This document shows, piece by piece, positions 49,488 to 61,019 of a DNA stretch of 64,000 nt. Made by a program: the position numbers and the translations under genes. The notes beneath the pieces are model-generated. The model was not told where the DNA came from. It was given only the letters and a program-made list of their open reading frames with translations, and did not search any database. Numbering within the stretch: position 1 is the first letter of the stretch; the number at the start of each line of letters is the position of its first letter. The stretch is from the human T2T-CHM13v2.0 reference genome, Homo sapiens: NCBI RefSeq assembly GCF_009914755.1, contig NC_060935.1; one strand, 5' to 3'.

Positions 49488-52400
49488 GAAAAGTTCACAT
49501 TGTAAATGTGTAGCAGATCTTTAATGGCTTGGTCAACACAAAATATTGGCTACAATCAATTACAGGTGGTAATATATCCTGAAAGATTAAAATTAGAAAA
49601 AAAAGGTCCAGAACCATCAGGGCCATTTGGGGCTAAAACCAGGATGGCCACCTCCTCCTCAGCCGAGTGAGTGCTGGAGGAGGGAGCCTGAAACTAGGCT
49701 CACTGTGACTCATTTGTGGCACCCATTATTGCCCAACCTGCAGTTCACTATGGTGAAGGAGCAATTCAGACTCACCCTGCAGCATCCCGTCTGGGTCAAA
49801 CAGTGGCTGCTCCCTAAGGAATAGTTGGGGGCGCTACATAAAGTAGTTTAAAAACTATTGTAAAAAGGACATGTTTCACCAATGTTCTTTCCTTAGATTC
49901 TCCAGTGTTTGTAATTCATAAAAATTCCAGCCGATGGGGCATGCTGACCAACTTAAGAGCTGTCAATGCAGTAATTCAACCCCTGGGGGGCTCTCTCAAC
50001 TGGGTTGCCCTCTCTGGCCATAATCCCCAAAGATTTGCCTTTAATTATAATTCATCTGAAGGATTGCTTTTTTACCGCTCCTCTGGCAAAACAGGATTTT
50101 GAAAAATTTGCTTTTACTATACCAGCCATAAATAATAAAGAACCAGCCACCAGGTTTCAGTGGAAAGTGTTGCCTCAGGGAAGGCTTAATAGTCCAACTA
50201 TTTGTCAGACTTTTGTAGCTCAAGCTCTTCAACCAGTTAGAGACAAATTTTCAGACTATTATATCATTCATTATGTTGATGATATTTTGTGTGCTGCAAA
50301 AACCAGAGACAAATTAATTGGCTGTTACACATTTCTGCAAACAGAGGTTTAAAACACAGGGCTGACAATAGCATCTGATAAGATTGAGACCTCTACTCCT
50401 TTTCATTATTTCAGAGTGCAGGTAGAGGATAGGAAAATTAAACCACAAAAAATAGAAATAAGAAAAGACACATTAAAAACATTAAATGACTTTCAAAAAT
50501 TGCTAGGAGATATTAATTGGATTTGGCCAACTCTAGGCATCCCTACTTATGCCATGTCAAATTTGTTCTCTGTCTTGAGAGGGGATCCAGAATTGAATAG
50601 TAAAAGAACATTAACTCCAGAGACAACTAAAGAAATTGGATTAGTTGAAGAAAAAATTCAGTGAGCACAAGTAAATAGAATACATCCCTTGGCCCAACTC
50701 CAGCTTGATTTTTGCTACTGCGCATTCTCCAACAGCCGTTATCGTTCAAAACGCAGGTCTTGTGGAGTGGTCCTTCCTTCCTCACAGTACAATTAATACT
50801 TTTACATTGTACTGGGATCAAATAGCTACATTAATTGGTCAGGCGAGATTACGAATACTAAAATTGTGTGGAAGTGACCCAGAAAAAATCATTCTTTCTT
50901 TAATCAAGAAACAGGTTAGAAAAGCCTTTATCAATTCTGCTTCATGGTAGATTGGTCTTGCTAATTTTGTGGAAATTATTGACAATCATTACCCAAAAAC
51001 AAAAATCTTCCAGTTTTTAAAATTGGCTACTTGGATTTTACCTAAAATTACCAGACATAAACATTTACAGAATGCTCTGATGGTGTTTACTGATGGTTCC
51101 AGCCATGGAAAAGCAGCTTACATCAGGCCAAAAGAACGAGTCATTGAAACTCAATATTACTCAGCTCAAAGAGCAGAGTTGGTTGCTGTCATTTCAGTGT
51201 TACAAGGTTTTAATCAGCCTATTAACATTGTATCAGATTCTGCATATGTAGTACAGGCTACAAAGGATGGTGAGACAGCCCTAATCAAATATAGTATTGA
51301 TGATCAGTTAAACCAGCTGTTTAATTTGTTACAAAAACACTGTAAAAAAAAGAAATTTCCCATTTTATATTACTCATATTTGAGCACATATTAATTTACC
51401 AGGGCCTTTAACTGAAGCAAATGAACAAGCTGACTAGCTAGTATCATCTGCATTCATAGAAGCATAAGAACTTCATGCCTTGACTCATGTAAATGCAACA
51501 GGATTAAAAAGTAAAATTGATATCCATAAAAACAGCCAAAAAATATTGTACAACACTGGACCCATGTCAAGTCCTAAACCTGCACACTCAGGAGGTAGGA
51601 GTTAATCCCAGAGTTCTATGTCCTAATGCATTATGGCAAATGGATGTCACACATGTACTGTCGTTTGGAAAATTGTCATTTGTCCATGTGACAGTTGATA
51701 CTTATTCACATTTTGTATGGGCAACCTGCCAGACAGGAAAAAGTACTTCCCATGTTAAAAGACGTTTATTATCTTGTTTTGCTGTCATGGGAGTTCCAGG
51801 AAAAATTAAAACAGATAATGGGCCAGGATACTGTAGTAAAACATTTCAAAAATTCTTAAATCATTGAAAAATTACACATACAACAGGAATCCCTTATAAT
51901 TCCCAAGGACAGACCCTAGTTGAAAGAACTAATAGAACACTCAAAGCTCAATTGGTGAAACAAAAAAAGGAAAAAGACAGTAAGGGTATAACACTTGGTG
52001 AAACAAAAAAAAAGAAAAAGACAGTAAGAGTATAACACTCCCCAGATGCAACTTAATCTAGCACTCTATACTTTAATTTTTTTAAACATTTAGAAAAATC
52101 CGACAAGTACTTCTACAGAACAACATTTTACTGATAAAAAGGACAGTTCACATAAAGGAAAACTGATTTGGTGAAAAAATAATAAAAATAAAACATGAAC
52201 AACAGGAAAGGTGATAACATGGGGGAGAGGTATTGCTTGTATTTCCCTAGGAAAAAAACAGCTTCTAGTTTAGATACCTACAACTTACAGAAGAAGTTGC
52301 CATCCAGCAAGGAAGTGGAGCCACTGACCTGGGCCCAGTTCAAAAAGCTGACACAGTATACTGAAAAAGCCTGAAGAAAACAAGGGTAATGTGAACTCCA

Positions 52401-54241
52401 GAGAATATACTGCTTGCAGCTTTGATGACTGTATCAATGGTGGTCAGTCTCCCCATGTCTTCAGGAGCAGCTGCAACTTATTATACTTACTGGGACCATG
52501 TGCCTTTCCTGCCCTTAATTCGGGCAGTCACATGAATAGATAGTCCTACTAAAGTATATGTTAATAATAGTGCATGGGTACCAGGCCCCACAGATGATCG
52601 TTGCCCTGCCAAACCTACAAAAAGAAGGAATGATGATAAATATTTCCATTGGATATCATTATCCTCCTACTTGCCTAGGGAAGGCACCCAGATGCTTAAT
52701 GCCTACAACCCAAAATTGGTTGGTAGAAGTACCTACTGTCAGTGCCACCAGTAGATATACTTATCACATGGTAAGTCGAATGTCACTCGGGCAACAAATA
52801 AATAATTTACAGTATTCTTCTTATCAAAGATCATTAAAATTTAGGCCTAAGGGGAAGGCTTGCCCCCCAAAAATTCCCAAAGAATCAAAAGACCTAAAAG
52901 TCTTAGTTTGGAAAGAATATGTGGCTGATACTGCGGTGATATTACAAAACAATGAATTTGTAACTATTACAGACTGGGACCCTCGAGGCCAATTATATTA
53001 TAATTGTATGGGCCAGACTCACTCATGTTCACAAGCCCCATCCATCTGGCCCATTAATCTGGCCTATGATAGTAATTTAAAAAGCTGGACCAGGTTTATA
53101 AAAGGTGAAAATCACCCTATCCATTAAAATGGAGTAAAAAGAGAATTTCCTCACCTCGACCAAAGTTAATTAGTCCTGTTACTGGTCCTGAACATCCAGA
53201 ATGATGAAAGCTTACTGTGGCCTCGCACCACATTAGAATTTGGTCTGCAAATCAAACTATAGGAACAAAAAATCGTAGGCCATATTATACTATTAACCTA
53301 AATTCCAATCTGACAATTCCTTTGCAAAGTTGTGTAAAACTCCTTTATATGCTAGTTGTAGGAAACATACTTATTAAACCAGATTCCCAAATTGTAACCT
53401 GTAAAAACTGTAGATTGCTTACTTGCATTGATTCGACTTTTGATTGGCAGCACAGTATTCTGCTGGTGAGGGCAAGAGAGGGCGTGTAGATCCCTGTGTC
53501 CATGGACTGACTGCAGGAGGCTTCCCCATCTGTCCATCTTTTAGCAGAAGTATTAAAACGATTTCTAACTAGATCCAAAGGATTCATTTTTACTTTGATT
53601 GCAGTGATTGTGGGTCCCATTGCAGTCACAGCTACTGCTGCAGCTGCTGGAATTTCTTTACACTCCTCTGTTCAAACTGCAGAATACGTAAATAATTGGC
53701 AAAAGAATTCCTCAAAATTGTGAAATTCTCAGACCCAAATAGATAAAAAATTGGCAAACCAAATTAATGATCTTAGACAAACCGTCATTTGAAAGGAAGA
53801 TAGGCTCATGAGCTTGGAATATCTTTTTCAGTTACAGTGTGACTAAAATACATCAGATTTTTGCATTATACCCCAAGCCTATAATGAGTCTGAGCATCAC
53901 TGAGACATAGTTAGATGCCATCTACAAGGAAGAGAAGATAATCTTACTTTAAATATTTCAAAATTTCAAAAACAAATTTTTAAGACAACAAAAGCCCATT
54001 TAAATTTGGTGCCAAAAACTGAGGCAATTGTAAAAGCTGCTGATGGCCTCACAAAGCTTAACCCCGTCACTTAGGTTAAAACCATCAGAAGTTCCACTAT
54101 TGTAAATTTCATATTAATCCTTGTATGTCTGTTCTGTCTCTTGTTAGTCTACAGGTGTATCCAACAGCTCCAAAGAGGCAGCAACCAGCGAGAACGGGCC
54201 ATAATGACGATGGCAGTTTTGTCAAAAAGAAAAGGGGGATA
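49488..54241 (+). mobile_element. HERV-K(HML-2)-type provirus internal region: gag fragment, pol, env; defective, no 5' LTR
   Basis: gag-like STQNIGYNQLQVVIYPERLKLE; RT WKVLPQG and IIHYVDDIL; RNase H VFTDGSS; integrase LWQMDVTH and KTDNGPGY; env fragments ([18 protein letters not shown]); polypurine tract aaaaagaaaaggggg. Confidence 0.93.
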
Positions 54242-55236
54242 TGTAGGGAAAAGAAAGAGATATCAGACTGTTACTGTATCTATGTAGAAAAGGAAGACAT
54301 AAGAAACTCCATTTTGACCTGTACCGTGAACAATTGTTTTGCCTTGAGATGCTGTTAGTCTGTAACTTTAGCCCCAACCTTGAGCTCACAGAAACATGTG
54401 TTGTATGGAATCAAGGTTTAAGGGATCCAGGGCTGTACAAGATGTGCCTTGTTAACAATATGTTTACAGGCAGTATGCTGGGTAAAAGTCATCACCATTC
54501 TCCATTCTCTAGGAAGCAGGGGCACAATGCACTGCTGAAAGCCGCAGGGACCTCTGCCCAGGAAAGCCGGGTATTGTCCAAGGTTCTCCCCACGTGATAG
54601 CCTGAGATATGGCCTCGTGGAATGGGAAAGACTGGACCATCCCCCAGCCCGACATACGTGAAGGGTCTGTGCAGAAGAAGGATTCATAGAGGAAGGCCTC
54701 TTGCAGTTGAGATAAGAGGAAGGCCTCTGTCCCCTGCCTGCCCCTGGGAACTGAATGTCTCGGTATAAAACCCGATTGTACATTTGTTCTATTCTGAGAT
54801 AGGAGAAAAACTCCCCTGTGTCGGGAGGTGAGACATGCTGGCAGCAATGCTGCTCTATTACTCTTTACTCCACTGAGATGTCTGGGTGGAGAGAAGCATA
54901 CATGTGGCCCACGTGCACATCCAGGCATAGTACCTTCCCTTGAACTTATTTGTGACACAGATTTCTTTGCTAACATGTTTTCTTGCTGACCTTCTCCCCA
55001 CTATCACCCTGTTCTCCTGCCACATTCCCCTTGCTGAGATAGTGAAAATAGTAATCAATAAATACTGAGGGAACTCAGAGACCGGTGCTGGTTCGGGTCC
55101 TCAGTATGCTGAGCACCGGCCCCCCGGGCCCACTTTTCTTTCTCTGTACTTTGTCTCTGTGTCTTATTTCTTTTCTCAGTCTCTTATCCTACCTGATGAG
55201 AAATACCCACAGGTGTGGAGGGGCTGGCCTCCTTCA
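54242..55236 (+). mobile_element. 3' LTR, LTR5A/LTR5B-like (older than LTR5_Hs)
   Basis: TGtagggaaaagaaagaga...ccttCA directly after the polypurine tract. TATAAAA at about 54764 and AATAAA at about 55057. Confidence 0.9.
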
Positions 55237-57054
55237 TAAGTATATAGCCAAAATCAATACAAATGGAAGCAAAGTGGTTAACAACATGGGCTTTGGAATC
55301 AAACAAACCAAAATTCCACCCCTGGCTCCTCTTCTGGCTATCTGGGTCACCTTAGGTAGGTCAAATTATTTGAGCCTCTCTGCCTCAGTTGCATTATCTA
55401 TAAAATGGGGATAGTAATATCTACATTGTAGGTTGTCATGAGGATTTCCTTGCCAGAAAAGGTGTGTGAAGTGTTTAGCATGGTGGTAATTTGTGTATAT
55501 ACAAGGTTCTGAAGGAAATTTTAAAAACCTTTAAATCCAGTGAAGGTGACCATTCCACTGGACAGAAACATAAATGAAGAAAACTGCAGCTTCAAAGATG
55601 GACTATATGTAAGTTGCTTGAATAAACCTATTGGCACAAAATAGACATTTTGAGGCAAACCACAGATCTAGAACAAGCTCATCTGTTTCTGTCACTGTCT
55701 AAGATCATGGGTGCAGTAACAAAATGGCACAGAAATCTGCGCATTCTGCAGACTTTGGTAGCATATTTCCCCAGAGGAGAGTAATCTCCTTGGTAAGTGA
55801 TATTATGTCTTGCTCTTTATTGTGACTCAAGCATCAAGCTCAGCACTTAGCATAGTGGAAAAATTAATAAGCTTTTGTTCAGTGAATGAACAAATAGAGT
55901 CAGTGAAGGTTAGAAATGTGGTTTTTAGAATGCTTTTCCTCAAAGACTGAGCATTAAGTCTCTTTGCTCCTGGCATAGCCAAGTTTCTGAGAAAACACGT
56001 GGCTGCTAACAGAAACTTTCAAAGCAGAAGAAAATGCTTTATAGTAGGTTTTTTTGCAATGAATATTGGATATGTAACCTATAGGGGGTGCACAAAAATG
56101 TGGATTAAAAAAAGGTTGTAAATGGCCTGTTGCCTCTACCAATAGCATATGCTCTCCCACCCGCTTCCATTTCACCGTTAGCTTCCCTCCATGGCTGGAC
56201 TCTGGTTCTGCTCTCACCAATGAGAGACACCTAGTTTCAATTCACTCCAAGGTGCCAAGGCAGTAGAAGGTTTATGGGTCAACATGATGCAATAGTCTAA
56301 TATAATATAATATATTCTTCAATATATTATAATGGAGGATTATAAGAGAGTGACTATTGGATCAGGTGTTTTTTAACAAAATCGAGAGGAAAAGGAGCCA
56401 GTAGAAGAGATCGGAAACATGGCAAAAAAAAAAAAAAAGAATGTGAAAAATAAGAGAATGACCTTGGAAGTCAAAATAAGAGAAACCTTCAAGGAAAGAG
56501 TGACCAAAGCAGTCAAAGGTTGCTGAGAAGCTAAAAGAGATGAGTACTAAAGGCGGCAGTGCATTTTGAAGTTAGGAGTTGATTACCGACTTTGTAAGAG
56601 ACATGGACAGGAGAAGAAATCAGATTATGGGGATTGGAGACTAAATGAAATGTGAGGAAGTGAAGGTAACTTTTTGAAAGAGCTTGACCAGAAAAGAAAG
56701 AAGAACACGAGAGTATCAAGGGGAAGAAGAGAGGTACAAGAGCTCAAAGAAAGGCATTTCTCTTATTAGATGAGAGTTAAGCATACCTATACTAACTACA
56801 AGAGGTAAGATGTAAGTCATTGATAGGCCAATGTGTCTAACAGGACATAGAAAGGTGACAGAAATTCAATGACCTTATGTACAAAATGCCAGCCACTATT
56901 TCAGCTTATTTATGTTGACTAATTCATGTAATCATCAACCATAATTATCAGCATACTTGTTAAATTAAGTTTTGAACAGGAAGAATACTTCTTCCAGTGA
57001 GAAGTCAAAAAAATTTAGGATGGATGCAGATGCAAATGTATGTATGTAGGTATA

Positions 57055-57928
57055 CAGCAGGTCATCAAATAATGTCATTTTGTTCAATATCTTTTCATTA
57101 TAATGGTGAAGAGAAAAAAAACAGTTCCTGGCTGGACCACTGTCTATGTGCAGTTTGCCTGTCCTCCTCATGTCTGTGTGGACTTTCTCTGGATAATCCC
57201 ATTTCCTCTCACATCTCAAAAATGTGTACATTAGTATATTGACATGTCTAAATTTTCACAGGATGAGTGTGTTTGTGTGTGTGTGAGAGAGTGTGTATGT
57301 GTGTGTGTGCACGTGTGTCCCCAGGATGGAAGGGTTTCCAGTCCAGGGTGGGTTCCTGCCTTGTGCTCTGAGCTACCAGGATAGGCTTCAGCCACTTGCT
57401 CCGCTGAACTGCAATAAGGCAGTTGAAAAATGAATGAATGAAACATTCATAATAAAACAAAAATTCATAAAGTCTATGATAATGATACAAATGCATGACA
57501 ATAAACAATGCTGTGCAAAAGGACTCAGCGAGCCCATCATATTTGTGATGGATTTTTAAATTCATAGATACAAGAGTTGCTTCTTACACCTTTTGCTTTG
57601 CAAACATTTATTTCTCAATTTAACTCACCACCACTGTGATCACCATCACACATCAACGCAACAAAAATCAGGTAAATAATTATCTTACTTGTTTGTATCA
57701 ATATTTCTTAAATGTATATACAGCTTACATTTATTGCATTGTTTTATATTAGAAGTGCTTCAGTTCTTTATAAGTTTGGTGATGTTTTTGTCACCAGAAA
57801 TATGCTGTAGGAACTTAACTCTTCTTTATATTAATTAGCTTATGGTAAAAATAATTTTGATATGTGTTGTTTCATTTGATGTTGCAGTTTCCAAGAACCT
57901 ATTGACAATGTTAAGTAAGGACTAATTG
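57055..57928. mobile_element. MER6 (TcMar-Tigger non-autonomous DNA transposon)
   Basis: TA flanks on both sides, imperfect TIRs, about 870 bp. Internal tgtgcagtttgcctgtcctcctcatgtctgtgtggactttctc and a (TG)n tract. Confidence 0.8.
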
Positions 57929-59201
57929 TATACAGGAGTACACAGGGTTAGAAAAAAGGAGCATAGAGTTGGCAAGTTATTTTTGAATGTCTATTTCCTG
58001 GAAGAGGTAAAATTTCTTCCTATTCCCAAAATCACTTTTTAGAAGTGAGTGGGTGAGGGAGTATGCCAAGAAAGTGTTCAGAAAAAGAAGTAGGATGTTA
58101 GGGGAAATGGTTAGGGTATAAATGGCTTTTGATGTTAATGGGAGAAACAGTGGACTAGAATTAGCAAGGACTGGCAAGCATGCTTAGGATCATGTAAAGA
58201 GGGACACCATCATTGGAAGTGTTACTCAACAGTATATTAAGCTCAGCACCCTAAAAGTAGAAGCACAGAAGACAAATTAAAACAAACCAAGATTGGCTTT
58301 TTCAGGGCTGGATAACAAAAAAGATAAGGGACAAAGCATTTGAGAACATAGTAATGAGGGATTGAAACTCACATCTAAGATAGAGAAGAAAAAAGTAAAG
58401 TAGGTTGGAGACCAATAAAGTGAGAAAATATAGAAAAAGCAAGGGACGAAAGTACTTGATGAAGTCAAAGAATAGCAATGTTAATAGACAGGGGAAAATG
58501 TACTTACAAATAGGAGACTGGAGTCAGATATTAGGCTATTAGAGGTTGAGATTTCAGAGGTATTCAGAAGTAGATCAGTTTGGCATGTATGACTGTTGGC
58601 ATCAACTCCAAGTCAATAGAGTAGGAGCCAAGAAGGGAATGGGAGCTTCAGGTATCACAGACATGAACAGGATGTAGCAGAAGTTGGCTGAAGAGAAAAA
58701 TTAGGATGTCAGGTGCCAAATATTTCAACGAATGCAGAGAAATTTGGCAGAGGGCAACAGAAAAGCATTGTTTTATTCCAGCCACATGACACAGAAGGAA
58801 GAAGGAAGATTTTTCTATGCAAATAAGTAATACTCTAGAAGCAGGATTGGAGGCAAGGAGAATACTGATTTTTTTTCTTTTTGGTAACTATATTACCCTG
58901 GAGATCTAGAGGTTGTTAGAGAAATGTTTAAGCATATTGATAATTTATAATTCAAGGAAAGCATTTGGACATTTTACAAATTCAAAAGGCTACACACTGG
59001 CTTTTTCTAAAGTATTTTCCAGCTTCAGGTACCTAAAAGGTTTTGAAGAATTTGTTCTCAACATTGAGACCCTGGTGAGTGCTCATTCCAAGGGTTTTCA
59101 GGGGAAAAGAAATAAATTAACAAATACAAATGATTGAGAACAAGAATCCTAATTAATTGAAATGCCAAGAAAAAAAGGCTGTTCTAAACAATTCTGCTTA
59201 C

Positions 59202-59410
59202 CTGAAGTTTCTTTGCAGAGCTGTAGGCACACTGCCTGCTGCACTTGCTCAGAATGGCAATGGAAAGGTTTCTGTAGCTAACACTCTATGGACTCAGACA
59301 CACTAAAATTCAATTGACTCACGCTGTCACTGTTTAGCATAAAGCTTCAGGAAGTTATGGGTTCCTGTAGATTAAACCAGATGTTCTGTCCGTAGACAGG
59401 AAGTCAGAGG
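59202..59410 (-). promoter_or_regulatory. Putative promoter and non-coding first exon of the GLYATL2-like pseudogene
   Basis: Strong minus-strand donor CAG|GTAAGC (59202/59201), AP-1 TGACTCA at 59315-59321, ETS CAGGAAGT at 59348-59355 and 59397-59404. Assignment to this gene is inferred from position. Confidence 0.45.
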
Positions 59411-60082
59411 CTTTGTGGACCAGAGGAGGACTGAGACCATGTTCTGTATTGAGCAGCCTCTACAATTATAAGAAGTTTTACACAAGAAGCTTTTGATTTA
59501 TACATAACTTGTTATAGCTGAAAGAGTATTCTAGAACAATATTAAGTCAATTTTCTAGAGTTGGCAAAAATAGCACAGCTGCAGCCTTATTTAAAACAAG
59601 TTAGCAGAGCAAACAAAGAGTTGGAAAGTTTGGTTTCAAGGCAAAATACCTGGCCTAATACTTTCAACCATTTGTGGGTTGGAAAAAGACAAGAATGCCT
59701 CAAGAAAGTTACTGTAATAATGAGAACTGGGTTTCATATACCTTGTCCTCTGGTTGTCTAAAGTGGAGCAAGAGGGAAGGGTATTGTAAGTATAAGAAGA
59801 AAAAGCAATTAGTGGAGAAAAGTTTCAGGGGGACTGGAATTAGCTTTGTAGAGGAATAGAGACAAACATTGTTTTCAATGTGTGTTCCTCACACCATCTA
59901 CTTCAAGATCAATTGGGCTTGCTTGTTAACAATACAAGAACTTTTCCAGATCAGGTAAATCAGAGGCTCCCAAAGTGCCTGGCAATCTGTATCTTATAAA
60001 AAGCTATCTAAAAGAGTCTGATCTATATTATATTTTGAAAACATTGAGATTAAAAAATGGGAAAATATGTTATAAAATTTTT

Positions 60083-60381
60083 ATCCTGGGTGCAGTGGCT
60101 TACACCGGTAATACCAGCTACTTGGGAGTCTGAGGCAGAAGGATTGCTTGAGGGCAGAAATTTGATATGAGCCTGGGCAACCTAATAAAACTCATCTTTA
60201 AATTTTTGGTTTTTAATTAGCCACATATAGGGGCATGTGTCTATAGTACCAACTACTCAGGAGACTGAGATGAAAAGATTGCTTGAGCCCAGAAATTTGA
60301 GATCGCAGTGAGGTATTTCACCACTGCACTTCAGCCTGGGCAACAGGGTGAGATACTCTCTCTAATTAAAAAGAAAAAAAA
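60083..60381 (+). mobile_element. AluJ (diverged)
   Basis: Dimer with ggattgcttgag in both arms and an A-rich tail. Confidence 0.85.
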
Positions 60382-61019
60382 GTCTTTACCCACTTTCTGG
60401 AAGTGAAAGCAACTTCAAATTGTAATCATTTATGACATGAGAAAAACAAGAGTTATTTTTACACAAATAAGGAAGCTGTTGCTGACAAAAAAGTAAATGT
60501 CTTCCCTCAAGTCACAAAACTAACCATTGGCAATGTCTGGAATATGAGGCCGAATATCGAATTCTTTTAATGACACCATGATTCCATAGACAGTGATTCC
60601 CTACCCTTAGGCAGTTTATAACTTCTTACAAACCTAAATCATCTACTCCAGACGACATATTAAAAATTATCAATTAGGATTTTCTACTATCTGCACATGC
60701 TTGCTGTGTAAGGCATTGAATTTTATACTTTTAGTTACTCTACTTTTTGAACCAAAAGTTGTTCACATAATCAAAGAATTTTTACATATTTATAATTGTA
60801 AATGATTAATTTGTTAAATCTATATGAAAGTTTATAGAGTTTACAGTAAACTAATCATCCTTTTAAAAAAATGGTCCATTTAAACTACTCAATACGTATT
60901 TTTTATTCCATAATTGACAGCACACTGTGGATAGTTGAGAGAACACATATTTTATTTCTATACTGAGTATTACTTAAGTAATTTCTTAAGCTATTAAATA
61001 TTTTTTAAATAGTTTATAA

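Noticed and set aside
55730-55765. Candidate for the missing GLYATL2-like first coding exon
   Set aside because: The minus-strand translation MLPKSAECADF does not match the family N-terminus.
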